A stretch of 64,000 nt of DNA from Candidatus Anstonellales archaeon (GTDB lineage: Archaea > Micrarchaeota > Micrarchaeia > Anstonellales > J096). The notes under the pieces are model-generated. The model did no database searches. It saw only the letters and a list, made by a program, of their open reading frames with translations, and was not told where the DNA came from. The first letter of the stretch is position 1. Every line of letters starts with the position of its first letter. Where the stretch lies: assembly GCA_038896535.1 (NCBI GenBank), contig JAWACY010000001.1, forward strand, positions 1 through 64,000, in the 5' to 3' direction. Positions 28,596 to 38,403 of this stretch are shown piece by piece. The translations under genes and the position numbers were made by a program.

Positions 28596-31355
28596 TTAAC
28601 CGCTGAGTTGAGCAAGGAAGTCATTTACTGCTTTCACTGTGTCATCTGCTGTATAGCCAGCAACAACAATTGTTTTGCTGTCTGTTGCTTTTACAACAAC
28701 ATTGTTTTGTGGTGTTATCTCAAGTCCTGCTGCTGATAATGCATCTGCTGCTGCGCTGTTAACAGCTGGGCCACCAACAATGATCTTTGTTGCTACACCG
28801 CTTGCTTGTTCATCAGTAATAACCAATGCATCGCTTACTGGAACTCTTGTTGCTGCTTTTAATGAACTTACTTTTTCAAGTCCATCTTTGCTTACAATAA
28901 CTGCACTTAATCTATCTAATCCTGTTACTGTACCAGATCCTGCTCCTGCTCCACTAACTGTTGGTGTTGCTGTTGCATCGATTTTCTTTGCTTTTACTGT
29001 TACATCACCAATTGTTGTTGTATCTCCTTCTCTTAATGTAACTTCCTGTGTATTTGGCTGTGCACTTGCTGCTGTTGATGGTGCAAATACAAACTGTGCT
29101 GTTGCTACACTCTTTGGTATTTCTAAATTCCTTGAACTCTTTGTCCCTGTAACAACTGTTCCTCTTGGCGTAATAAATCCATCTTCATAATTTGAACCAT
29201 TCGTATAGCCGAAACCACTTAAGACATTTGATCCATTAGCGCCATTTACGGCTGCTGTTAAGTTTACAAATGCTGGTATAGCTGTTTCTGTTGCTTTTGT
29301 TGCATTGTTTAAGTAAAATGTTACACTGTCATCTTTATTGCCTGTTACTGATACTAATGCGTTCTGTGTTGAATTATAGTAGAAACCTACTACCGCAAAT
29401 ACATTATCTGAATCCTCTGCTTTCCCTATTTCTTCAACATAATATATTTCTGGCTCAGTCTTAAAACCGCCCTGGTCTCCTATTGTAGTGTTTGTTGTGT
29501 TTGCGTCTAAATACAGAGCTCCTGAATCAGTGCCAGCATATGAGAAATCTATCCTTGTTTTTGTATTGCTGTTATCTGATGAAGTATCTGCATAATACCA
29601 GTCACTACTCTTTTGGAATAAGTATGTTCCATTACCTAGTGTTATTGCTGTTGCTCCACCTGGCCCATCATCAGCAGTTGCGCTTCCAGCAACGATATAC
29701 CAAATTTCATTACCTCCACTTATTGGTTGGTATGCTGTTGATAATCCAGACGTTACATTAGCTGAAAATGTGGCAGACCCGCTTGTTATTCTCACAACCT
29801 TTGAATTTGCTGCAAATGTTACAGTCCAGCTGCTGTTTTTTAATTGTACTACATCGCTGCTTCCTCTATTTTCTAATGCAAATTCAACATTTACTGGTGA
29901 TTCTCTGTTAAGGCCATTGTACTTTAAATTATAAGATTTATATGAGGTTATATCTGCAAGATCAAAAGAGTCTCCTTTTTGAAGTGTCTTTGAAGAGCCT
30001 GTGTAGTAAAGCAAAATCTCTTTTAAATGTGTTGCTGAGCCGGCAGCTGCATTTTTATTAGTTAAGCCCAATGCAACCTTGTATTTAGAGCCAGAATCAA
30101 CAATAAATTCTTTCCCTTGTTCAAGTTCTATCTCATCTTTTAATATTGCTAATTCTGCCCATTTTTCTGTTAATGTATAACCTGGGGCTGTTTGATATAC
30201 ATGCACTCTAATATTTTTACCTCCACCAACTGGTATGTCTTTAGATGCTCCTTGAGCTATCTGGTCTTTGCTTATTAGATTTCCTGAAGGGTCATATACT
30301 GAAATTATTGCATCATGGCTATCCTGTGCTATATCACCTAATGTTACTTTATAGCCATCATCTGTTTCTAAGCTACTGCCTACATTAACAATGCCATATT
30401 TAGATTCCTTTGCCAATTTTAACTTTGTACCGGCATTTGCTAATCCCACTTTTTCATCATTTGTTAAAGTTAAGCCAGTAGTAGTCCCACTAATTCCTGT
30501 TACATACCATGTTGAACCTAAAAATTGTATTGGTACTCTTGCTGCTTCTATTCTATCTCCAGTTGAACAACTTGTAAAGTTTGTGTTTACAGATCCTGGG
30601 CACAATGGCAAACCACTTTTGTCTGGAACAAATAATACTTGGTATAGAACTTTAGATACTTTAGCTCTTACATCATGGTCTGATTCAACAAACTCTGTCC
30701 TCGCATTTAAAAATACATTTTGTTCTTCATTTAGATTTATAGAAAACTTATTCCCTTTTACATTGAAGGCTTTAAATGAATCCAAAGCTGATTTATCTAT
30801 CTTATAAGCTACATATGGGTCACTATTATAACCAGTCACACCAATAACGCCACCAACCTGGTCTTGTGTTGGATGTGCATCTGCATCAGTAAAATCTGTC
30901 TTCACTGAAAACTTATCCTCTGTTTCATATGCATTTACATCTCTATCGTTTAAACGCCTATCTGCATCTTCAGCAATCAAAAGGCCAAATGCATGTTCTG
31001 CTGTGCTTTTTACTCCTGGCACTGTAACTTCTAATGTTACTTGCTTGTTTGTTATACTGCAGCTTGCTTGGCCTCCTGAAACTGTACAAGAAAGCTGGTC
31101 TTGTCCTTGCACTTGTGCACTATATTCCTTTTCTACAAACGCGCTGTTTGCCAGCCTTTGTGCAATCTTCGCTGCTGCTACTGCATCGCTTAAAGCTGCT
31201 TTGCTTCCTACAACAACTTTTGCCACTGGTTGTCCTTGGGCATTCACTAATTCTACATTCTGGAAGCTTACTGGAGCTGCAAAGGCTATTGATCCTGCCA
31301 ATAAGGCAGATCCAGCCACAATGGCTCCAAGCTTCTTCAGATTTATTCCTTTCAT
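28596..31355 (-). CDS. S-layer protein
   Basis: KKLGAIVAG signal, VVVG..AA.SDAVAA N-terminal motif, IIVGGPAVN and IVVAGYTADDT C-terminal motifs; many N-x-S/T sequons; GAGGTGA RBS. Confidence 0.92.
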   Translation of the reverse strand: MKGINLKKLGAIVAGSALLAGSIAFAAPVSFQNVELVNAQGQPVAKVVVGSKAALSDAVAAAKIAQRLANSAFVEKEYSAQVQGQDQLSCTVSGGQASCSITNKQVTLEVTVPGVKSTAEHAFGLLIAEDADRRLNDRDVNAYETEDKFSVKTDFTDADAHPTQDQVGGVIGVTGYNSDPYVAYKIDKSALDSFKAFNVKGNKFSINLNEEQNVFLNARTEFVESDHDVRAKVSKVLYQVLFVPDKSGLPLCPGSVNTNFTSCSTGDRIEAARVPIQFLGSTWYVTGISGTTTGLTLTNDEKVGLANAGTKLKLAKESKYGIVNVGSSLETDDGYKVTLGDIAQDSHDAIISVYDPSGNLISKDQIAQGASKDIPVGGGKNIRVHVYQTAPGYTLTEKWAELAILKDEIELEQGKEFIVDSGSKYKVALGLTNKNAAAGSATHLKEILLYYTGSSKTLQKGDSFDLADITSYKSYNLKYNGLNRESPVNVEFALENRGSSDVVQLKNSSWTVTFAANSKVVRITSGSATFSANVTSGLSTAYQPISGGNEIWYIVAGSATADDGPGGATAITLGNGTYLFQKSSDWYYADTSSDNSNTKTRIDFSYAGTDSGALYLDANTTNTTIGDQGGFKTEPEIYYVEEIGKAEDSDNVFAVVGFYYNSTQNALVSVTGNKDDSVTFYLNNATKATETAIPAFVNLTAAVNGANGSNVLSGFGYTNGSNYEDGFITPRGTVVTGTKSSRNLEIPKSVATAQFVFAPSTAASAQPNTQEVTLREGDTTTIGDVTVKAKKIDATATPTVSGAGAGSGTVTGLDRLSAVIVSKDGLEKVSSLKAATRVPVSDALVITDEQASGVATKIIVGGPAVNSAAADALSAAGLEITPQNNVVVKATDSKTIVVAGYTADDTVKAVNDFLAQLSG

Positions 31356-31521
31356 GCTTTATTCACCTCTAGCATATTGTTTTGCATTCATTCATTCAGG
31401 AGTATTTTTAAATCTTTCGGTAGATATGGCAACAGCCGTTTATAAACAATTGTTTTTTATATGACAATTGCCTAAAAATCTTTCGTTTATTTGCTAAATC
31501 ACTATATTTTATAAAACAACA

Positions 31522-31604
31522 CGCCGAGGAGGGGATTCGAACCCCTGCGCCCTTTCGGGCACCGGTTCTCAAGACCGGCGCATTAACCGCTCTGCCACCT
31601 CGGC
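31522..31604 (-). tRNA. tRNA-Ser(TGA)
   Basis: Anticodon arm CCGGT-CTTGAGA-ACCGG; long variable arm GCCCGAAAGGGC. Confidence 0.95.
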
Positions 31605-31667
31605 ATTTATTATGCCTTTGTACAGCAGATTTTAAAAATATAATTTCTATCAGGTACAAAATAATAA

Positions 31668-31922
31668 TAAGAGTCCACAATAAAAAAGCGTCTGGAAGAT
31701 AATAAGAAGGCCTGTGTATACGGGTTCGCGCCTTCTTACTTCTTATAGGTGACTATAAGGGGCTGGAAGATTATAAGAAGGCCACAATAAAAGGGTTAGC
31801 GCCTTCTTAGAGGGAACAAAAAGGGGCTGGAAGATAATAAGAAGGCCTGTATATAAGGGTTCGCGCCTTCTTATGGAAGATTATAAGAAGGCCCACATAA
31901 AAGGGTTAGCGCCTTCTTATAA
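31668..31922. repeat. tRNA-3'-adjacent palindromic repeat array 1 (four 36-bp units plus a degenerate remnant)
   Basis: TAAGAAGGC-N18-GCCTTCTTA at 31703, 31774, 31838 and 31884; remnant at about 31668-31692. Confidence 0.95.
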
Positions 31923-32008
31923 TGCAGGGGGTGGGATTTGAACCCACGAACCCACTAAGGGACTAGCCCCTCAAGCTAGCGCCTTTGACCAGACTTGGCG
32001 ACCCCTGC
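31923..32008 (-). tRNA. tRNA-Leu(GAG)
   Basis: Anticodon arm CTAGC-TTGAGGG-GCTAG; long variable arm. Confidence 0.95.
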
Positions 32009-32091
32009 TATATACAAGTATAAACATTTTTGCATTTTTGCAATTCCTAATAAATATATAGTAATAGAATATATAAATATTCTCATAAAAC

Positions 32092-33099
32092 CTAATAAAA
32101 CATCAAAAATGCATTGTCATCATTTGAGAGTTTCCTTATATTCTCAACTGTAGGCTTAAATCCTGCTTCCAATGGGCAGGTTGATATAGAAAATGATGTA
32201 TTTATATTATATTCATAAATCCTCAAATCATAGACTTTAATGAGTTTTTGATTTGCCCTTTTACCATTCATTAATTGCATGTTGCTTCCTAATCTTTCAG
32301 CCTCATTTCCTATATGCAACGGCATTTTCCCACTATAAACAAACATGTCTCCTGCAATAAATAATGTGGAACATGCTGGTTTTTTTATACCAATTGCAAC
32401 ACATGCATGGTTTGGAAATATTTTTTCGCTTTGTTTTTCAATAAAATGCATTATATGATTTTTCTCTGGTTCTTGTTTGAATGTATTTGCAAAATCATTT
32501 ATTATGGAATCTGCAATAAGTGTCTTCCCATATCCTTTTGCAATAGCGAATATTAAGGAGCCATGTTTTTTCAATTCTCTCATAAATACTGATACATTTG
32601 CCCCTTGCTTTGTTTTTCTTTTTTTCTTAATTCCATATGCGATAAATCCTAAAAAATCATCTGAAATCTTATCATATGTTTTAATATTTTTCCCGTATAT
32701 AACAAAATCCTGTATCTCCAATGGCACAATGCCAGAAAGTTTAAACAAATACGGTTGAACTTTAAGCCTGAACTCCTGCCTTAAAAAATGTGATTGCTGA
32801 GAATTCCAAACATTATTAACTTGTAGTGATGCTATTTTCATTAGTAGGCTTGTTTCAAATGTTTTTGGATGAGATGAAAAGCTTCTTGCAGCCAAAAGAA
32901 TATTCTCCCTATTGATTTGTGACATAGGATTAAGGCCATTCATTAATGCAGTCATAACACACATATGAAAATCAGATAAAATGCTGGAAAAATAAACCTC
33001 TTCCTTGTCTTCTAAAACTGGCTTTTGATCCTTAAATAAATTCTCCTGTTTTTCATAATAATAGATACTGCTGTTAAACTTTGATTTTTGGGGGGACAT
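32092..33099 (-). CDS. Hypothetical protein
   Basis: 335-aa ORF with upstream TTTATAAA box; no motif recognised. Confidence 0.65.
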   Translation of the reverse strand: MSPQKSKFNSSIYYYEKQENLFKDQKPVLEDKEEVYFSSILSDFHMCVMTALMNGLNPMSQINRENILLAARSFSSHPKTFETSLLMKIASLQVNNVWNSQQSHFLRQEFRLKVQPYLFKLSGIVPLEIQDFVIYGKNIKTYDKISDDFLGFIAYGIKKKRKTKQGANVSVFMRELKKHGSLIFAIAKGYGKTLIADSIINDFANTFKQEPEKNHIMHFIEKQSEKIFPNHACVAIGIKKPACSTLFIAGDMFVYSGKMPLHIGNEAERLGSNMQLMNGKRANQKLIKVYDLRIYEYNINTSFSISTCPLEAGFKPTVENIRKLSNDDNAFLMFY

Positions 33100-33149
33100 G
33101 TTAAAAATATGAGAGAAAAATTTATAAATGTTTATACATTGTTTTAAAT

Positions 33150-33934
33150 ATGTCTTCTACAGATATTAAAGAAATCATACAAAATAGCTTATTTACTCTC
33201 CTTTATCTTATTTAGTTATTTCAATTATCATTAATATAAGAAATTTCAATGATGCTGTAAAATTAACGAACACTGGTTTTGTATTATATACATTTTCTTG
33301 TTTCATTTCAAGTTATTACGCTTATATTTATAGAAAGACAATGAACGCACTTGATAAACATGCATATTTGTTTTTCAGCATAGGCCTTTTTCTTGTATTC
33401 ATGGCACATGCATTATGGGCTTATTACATTATAATAGGGACAAATCCATCAGGGGTTTCTTATGCTGATTTCTTTTGGCTTGCATCTTATACATTTTTCT
33501 TTACTGGGGCAATAAAACTCATAAGCGCGTATAGTGTAAAGATAAACCAAACAAACATGATTACTATATTATTTATTTTACTTGCTATTTATATTGCTTA
33601 TTCAATTTTAAACAATTTTAGTTTAGGTGACTTTGTAAATGCCATTTATCCTTTATTAAACACTTACTTATTATTCTTGACTTTTAATATCATTTCAACA
33701 TTTAAAAAAATAAATATATTGACAACGCCTTACTTATATTTAAGCGCTGGCCTTGTTTTATTCTCAATGGCATCATTAATACAAGCGCTCCTATTTTTAG
33801 CAAGAAAAGATATTTTACATGGTTATGAAGCAGGCATTGCAAACACAATGTTTGGTATTGGCTATTTAATAACAATGTTTGCGTTTATGAAAATACAAAA
33901 CACTTCAATAAGTATGGGAAAAACAAGAAAGTAA
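33150..33934 (+). CDS. Multi-TM membrane protein, paralog of 33976-34806, with an apparent frameshift near 33200
   Basis: ATG at 33150 stops after 21 codons; the frame of ORF 33341 is open from 33188 and encodes two further TM helices; shares ADxFWL and YP motifs with the next gene. Confidence 0.65.
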
Positions 33935-33975
33935 GATTTTTAAATACATAAAAGAAAATAAAAAAGTGATATCTT

Positions 33976-34806
33976 ATGAGAATGAAAGAAAACGGATATC
34001 TCGCTCTTAAGATATTTGGTATAGCCTCATTACTTTTATTTGTTGGCATGATATTAATTCAATATTCTCCCATACAAGATGATTTAAAAAACAAGTTCAG
34101 AAATATCTCTTTTCTTGTTTTTGCATTTTTTGCCTTATATGGAAGTTATATTTTTTATAAATTAAAGGAATCGATAAGTGCAAGAGATAAAATATGCCTT
34201 TATTTCATATTTCTTGGCTTGTTCATGTTTTTTGTTGCTGAATCTATATGGAGTTTTTATGTAGCAATACTAAACATCGACCCCTCGCTAAATCTAACTC
34301 TTGCTGATCTGTTCTGGCTTCTTGGCTCATTGTTGCTGGCATATGGATTTTTTAAAATGCAGATGCTTCATACTATATATTTTAGCGAAAGGATGATTTT
34401 AACAATAACAGCGGCTGCTCTCATCTTGGCATTTATATTAATCTTTGCTTCAAATGAAATAAATGATATACAAACAATGGTAAATTCCTTATATCCCGTA
34501 TTTGATTTCGTTATAGCAATCCAAACAAGCTTGATATTTTATTCTTTCAGAAAGAAAAATATCTTCACATCTCATTATTTAATACTTGCTGCCGGCTTTT
34601 TTATCATGTTTGCATCTGATTTTCTTTATTATATCATATCTTCACAACTGGGAGAAAGCTTAATAACATCAAACATTGCAGTTTTATCTGATTTTCTTTA
34701 TGCTCTTTCATATATTGTTATCGGCTTGGCATTCTTAACTGGTATAGAGTCCCATGAATTTATGAATAAATTTATGGATAAGTTAATAAGTAAGGAACTA
34801 GAATAA
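33976..34806 (+). CDS. Multi-TM membrane protein (sensor-like 7-8 TM domain)
   Basis: AESIW, ADLFWL, LYPVFD, ASD..Y, D.LY motifs. Confidence 0.75.
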   Translation: MRMKENGYLALKIFGIASLLLFVGMILIQYSPIQDDLKNKFRNISFLVFAFFALYGSYIFYKLKESISARDKICLYFIFLGLFMFFVAESIWSFYVAILNIDPSLNLTLADLFWLLGSLLLAYGFFKMQMLHTIYFSERMILTITAAALILAFILIFASNEINDIQTMVNSLYPVFDFVIAIQTSLIFYSFRKKNIFTSHYLILAAGFFIMFASDFLYYIISSQLGESLITSNIAVLSDFLYALSYIVIGLAFLTGIESHEFMNKFMDKLISKELE

Positions 34807-34839
34807 GGATTTTAAATTATTTGCTATAATTAATAAAAT

Positions 34840-35217
34840 ATGATACTAAATATCAGTACAAAAGATGGAAAAAGTTATAGAGTAGAAGTACAAAAGCCAG
34901 AAGTTTTATACGGAAAAAAAATAGGAGAAAGTTTTTCTGGTAATATTATTGGCCTAACTGGGTATGAATTTCTTATTACTGGTGGCAGTGATTTAAGCGG
35001 TTTTCCTATGAAGCGGGAAATACAGGGAAACAGAAAACTAAGGATAATGACAAAAAAAAGCGTGGGAGCAAGATTAAAAAAAGGCGAAATGAAAAGAAAG
35101 GTTTTTAGAGGAAACACAATAAATGCTGATATAGTACAAGTTAATGTGGTAGTAACAAAAAACGGCAATGAAGAATTAGAAAAATTTGCAAAAAAAGCAG
35201 AGAAGAAGGCAAAGTGA
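34840..35217 (+). CDS. rps6e: 30S ribosomal protein S6e
   Basis: GKKIGE, ITGGSDLSGFPM, RGNTI..DIVQVN. Confidence 0.95.
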   Translation: MILNISTKDGKSYRVEVQKPEVLYGKKIGESFSGNIIGLTGYEFLITGGSDLSGFPMKREIQGNRKLRIMTKKSVGARLKKGEMKRKVFRGNTINADIVQVNVVVTKNGNEELEKFAKKAEKKAK

Positions 35218-35222
35218 ATTAA

Positions 35223-36395
35223 ATGGAATCTGTAATCATAAATATGCTTGGGCACGTAGATCATGGCAAAACAACACTAACAAAGGCATTAACAGGAAAA
35301 TGGACAGATACATTTAAGGAAGAAGCAATAAGAGGAATAAGCATAAAGCTTGGATATGCTGATATGGGCATTTATGAATTCAAAGATGGTTATTGGAAAG
35401 AAGAAAAAAAAGGGAATGAAAATGGAAAACTCGTTAAAATTGTATCAGTACTTGACAGCCCAGGGCATGAGTCACTGATGGCAACAGCAATATCAGCAAG
35501 TTCAGTAATTGATGGGGCCCTGCTTTTAATTGCCGCTAATGAGCAGTGCCCACAAGAACAAACAAAAGAGCATCTGGCAATACTCGAATTGTTGAAAATA
35601 AATAATGTAATAATAGTACAAACAAAAATAGATGTGGTATCAAAGCAAAGAGCAATTGAAAGTTATAAAGAAATAAAGGCATTTGTTAAAGGCACAATAG
35701 CAGAAAATGCTCCAATAATTCCAGTATCGGCTACATATAATATTAATATTGACAAACTCATAGAAGCAATTGCAAAACACATAAAGCCAAGGCAAAAAGA
35801 AGAATATAAAATAAGTCCTTTATTTTATGCATTGAGAACATTTGACATAAATAAGCCAGGCACACATATAAAGGATCTTGTTGGGGGGGTTTTTGGTGGC
35901 GTTGTTGCATCTGGCTCTTTTAAAGTGAATGACGAAATCATTGTTGCTCCTTTTCCTGAAAAAAAAGACCATATCATTGAAACGTATATAAAAAGCATAA
36001 GGGGTTATGACGGCTATTATGAAGAAGCAAAGCCCGGCATAACATTAGCTATAGCAACTGGCCTTGATCCTGCATTAACAAAGGCTGACAGACTTGCAGG
36101 ATCAATTATAACATTAAAGGAAAATAAAGATAAGATAAAAATCACTGATGAAATATACTTTAATTATGAATTGCTACAAAGGCACGACATTCCAAATGTC
36201 CCAATAAGAGAAAATGAAATCTTGCTTATTAATATAGCACACACAACAAATGCGTGCACTGTTATGAATGTTAAAAAAGGCATAGTCAATGTCAAGCTAA
36301 AAAGGCCTATCGTTTATTTACAAAATCAAAAAATAGCAATACAAAGAAGAATAGGTCAAAGATGGAGGCTTGCTGGAATTGGTAAAGTTATCTAG
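35223..36395 (+). CDS. eif2g: Translation initiation factor aIF2 gamma subunit
   Basis: GHVDHGKTT, RGISIKLGYA, DSPGHE, QTKEH, FDINKPG, RWRLAG. Confidence 0.95.
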   Translation: MESVIINMLGHVDHGKTTLTKALTGKWTDTFKEEAIRGISIKLGYADMGIYEFKDGYWKEEKKGNENGKLVKIVSVLDSPGHESLMATAISASSVIDGALLLIAANEQCPQEQTKEHLAILELLKINNVIIVQTKIDVVSKQRAIESYKEIKAFVKGTIAENAPIIPVSATYNINIDKLIEAIAKHIKPRQKEEYKISPLFYALRTFDINKPGTHIKDLVGGVFGGVVASGSFKVNDEIIVAPFPEKKDHIIETYIKSIRGYDGYYEEAKPGITLAIATGLDPALTKADRLAGSIITLKENKDKIKITDEIYFNYELLQRHDIPNVPIRENEILLINIAHTTNACTVMNVKKGIVNVKLKRPIVYLQNQKIAIQRRIGQRWRLAGIGKVI

Positions 36396-36717
36396 CCTTT
36401 ATAAAATAACGCTTTTGCTCTTCAATGTTCTTTTTTATCATCCAGCTGAATAATGCTTTTATCATTTTTTCATCTCTTTTTGTTTTTATTATACCTTTTT
36501 TCTTTGATAAAGTCATTGCATTTTTTATAACGTCTTTTTCTCTTTTCCTGTCTCTTATCTGCATTCCAATTTTTATTTTTGCTTTTGCCACCTTTTTTCC
36601 AATATCTATTCTCTTTTTTATTAAATTTATTATGCCATGATCTATTTCGTTTATTGCTCTTCTCAATGCTTTTAATGTTTTTTTATTCATTGCTTTATTT
36701 AACACTTTCATTTTCAA
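36388..36717 (-). CDS. Chorismate mutase (AroQ type)
   Basis: LRRAINEID..I..L..KR, VAKAK, IRDRKRE; follows the TyrA-PheA gene. Confidence 0.85.
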   Translation of the reverse strand: MKMKVLNKAMNKKTLKALRRAINEIDHGIINLIKKRIDIGKKVAKAKIKIGMQIRDRKREKDVIKNAMTLSKKKGIIKTKRDEKMIKALFSWMIKKNIEEQKRYFIKAR

Positions 36718-38380
36718 CCTCTACAACAGGATAAGTTCCAAGAAGTTTAAATGATACTTCATTTTTTAATTCATTTTCCATATCATTAAGCATTTTTCCA
36801 TCAATCTTTGCCTCAACATCAATAAAAAATTTATAAACACCAAGTTCTCTTCCAGACGGTCTTGATTCAAGCTTTGACAAATTTATGTTTCTCTTTGCAA
36901 AAACATCCAGCACATCCCTCAAAAGCCCCGGTCTATCTGCTGCTTCTTCTATAACAATGCTCGATTTATATGCTTTTTTATCAACATCTTTTAATTTTAC
37001 ATTACCAATAAGCCAGAATCTTGTCATGTTGTTCCTTTGATTTTCTATGTTTCTTGCTATAATTTCCAGCCCAAGCTTTTTCGCATAATCCTCTCTTATT
37101 ATTGCTGCTGCGTGCTTATTCATATTTTTTATTATGATACTGCCTGCATATGATGTGCTATTTACTTTTATCCATTTCGCATTGGGAAAATGCTCTTTTA
37201 GAAAATTAGAGCATTGTAAAAAAGCTTGCTCGTGCGAATATATAACATTAATAGAACTATGCCCTTTTAATGCTGCCAATGAATGTGATATAGGCAAAAC
37301 AACCTCCATTAAGACTGGCTTGTTAATGTTTTCTATTCCTTCAATTGCTTCTATAATAGTGCCTGTTATTGAGTTTTCTATTGGCAAAAGCATTGCATCG
37401 TAATGGCCATTAATAACATCATATATAGAATTGCATAATACTTTATTTTTTATTCCATCAATGTATGCAAAGGCATGATCACATGCCAAACTTGAGAAAC
37501 TCCCCTCTGGACCAAGTGTCGCTATTTTCAATGAAAGTTCCTCCATTATTAGGCTTGCAGCCCTGTCTGTACGTGATAAAAACAATGCCTTCTTCTTTTC
37601 ATATTCAGCATCATTTAAAAGGCTTTCAAAATGCTTGTCAATGTCTTTTTCAATGTTAGAAATGTGTAATAAAAAGTCTTTTCTTACATTTTTTGCATAA
37701 GGATTAATTTCTTGTAGTTCTGCATAAAGCTTTGGATTTTGCAATGCTATTCTTGAACATATATTCCATAAAAGCTCAAAATTCACTGAACCATATTTTT
37801 CATAATCTATGTGTTGGCGCAAAAATGTATGGCCTGCTAAAGAATAGAAATGCACAAATGCCTGAACATATGAAACAATTTTATCATGTTCATTCTCATC
37901 TCCCAGCTCATAAAACAAGGCTTTTTCATTCAAAAACGCGCTTTTTATTCTCTCATAATAATTACCTTTTTTCAAAGCTATTGAAAGTATTGGAACATTA
38001 TCAAGTTTTTTTATGCTGGGCCCGTGCATCGGATGCATGCTTGCTATCTCATTAACAATGCCTTCTTTCATGAGTTCTCTGAGCACTGGTATAACATGAC
38101 TTTTTACGCTGCAAAAATCAATAACAAGCTGGTTGCTTTTAAAATATGGAAAGCATTGCTTAATGAATGCTGGCATTGCCTTTGCTGATACTGTAAAGAT
38201 ACACACATCAGCTTTTGATATTGCATCTTCAATGCTGGCATAAGAAACAGATAACATATTTGCCTTTTGTTTAGTTTTTTCAATATCCCTCCCTGCTATA
38301 ATGACATCAAAGCCCCTGTCTTTAAAAAATGATGCATAAAAAGAACCAAAATTGCCTGCCCCTATTATTGCAATAAGCAT
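36695..38380 (-). CDS. Prephenate dehydrogenase-prephenate dehydratase(-ACT) fusion
   Basis: GAGNFG, DFCSVK, HPMHGP, EHD (TyrA); LGPEGSFS, PIENS, TRF, DRPGLL, LSKLESRP (PheA); start set at the ATG at 38380. Confidence 0.92.
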   Translation of the reverse strand: MLIAIIGAGNFGSFYASFFKDRGFDVIIAGRDIEKTKQKANMLSVSYASIEDAISKADVCIFTVSAKAMPAFIKQCFPYFKSNQLVIDFCSVKSHVIPVLRELMKEGIVNEIASMHPMHGPSIKKLDNVPILSIALKKGNYYERIKSAFLNEKALFYELGDENEHDKIVSYVQAFVHFYSLAGHTFLRQHIDYEKYGSVNFELLWNICSRIALQNPKLYAELQEINPYAKNVRKDFLLHISNIEKDIDKHFESLLNDAEYEKKKALFLSRTDRAASLIMEELSLKIATLGPEGSFSSLACDHAFAYIDGIKNKVLCNSIYDVINGHYDAMLLPIENSITGTIIEAIEGIENINKPVLMEVVLPISHSLAALKGHSSINVIYSHEQAFLQCSNFLKEHFPNAKWIKVNSTSYAGSIIIKNMNKHAAAIIREDYAKKLGLEIIARNIENQRNNMTRFWLIGNVKLKDVDKKAYKSSIVIEEAADRPGLLRDVLDVFAKRNINLSKLESRPSGRELGVYKFFIDVEAKIDGKMLNDMENELKNEVSFKLLGTYPVVEVENESVK

Positions 38381-38403
38381 GATACGATTACAGCTATAAA
38401 ATT

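Noticed and set aside
28675..31464. Antisense ORFs over the S-layer gene, and similar shadow ORFs over other genes in the window
   Set aside because: They overlap well-supported genes on the opposite strand or frame and have no recognisable motifs.
31522..31604. Selenocysteine tRNA, with SelB at 35223
   Set aside because: The anticodon is TGA (Ser), not TCA, and the GTPase has aIF2-gamma motifs and follows rps6e.
31408..31680. 90-aa minus-strand ORF
   Set aside because: It overlaps tRNA-Ser and the S-layer promoter region.
31703..31919. Integron attC, Xer/dif site or TIGR-type guide array
   Set aside because: No RYYYAAC/GTTRRRY end pair, cassette ORFs or integrase; the 18-nt spacer is too long for tyrosine-recombinase core sites; only one variable segment, no clear C/D-like boxes and no Nop-domain gene adjacent.
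31668..31922. Replication origin with ORB boxes (GGGG and CTGGAA motifs)
   Set aside because: The G-string is on the wrong strand relative to TTCCAG for an ORB, no cdc6/orc1 gene is nearby, and the motif occurs at three separate loci.
32092..34806. Integrated element beside tRNA-Leu
   Set aside because: The region is on the 5' side of the tRNA, with no integrase and no duplicated tRNA 3' end.
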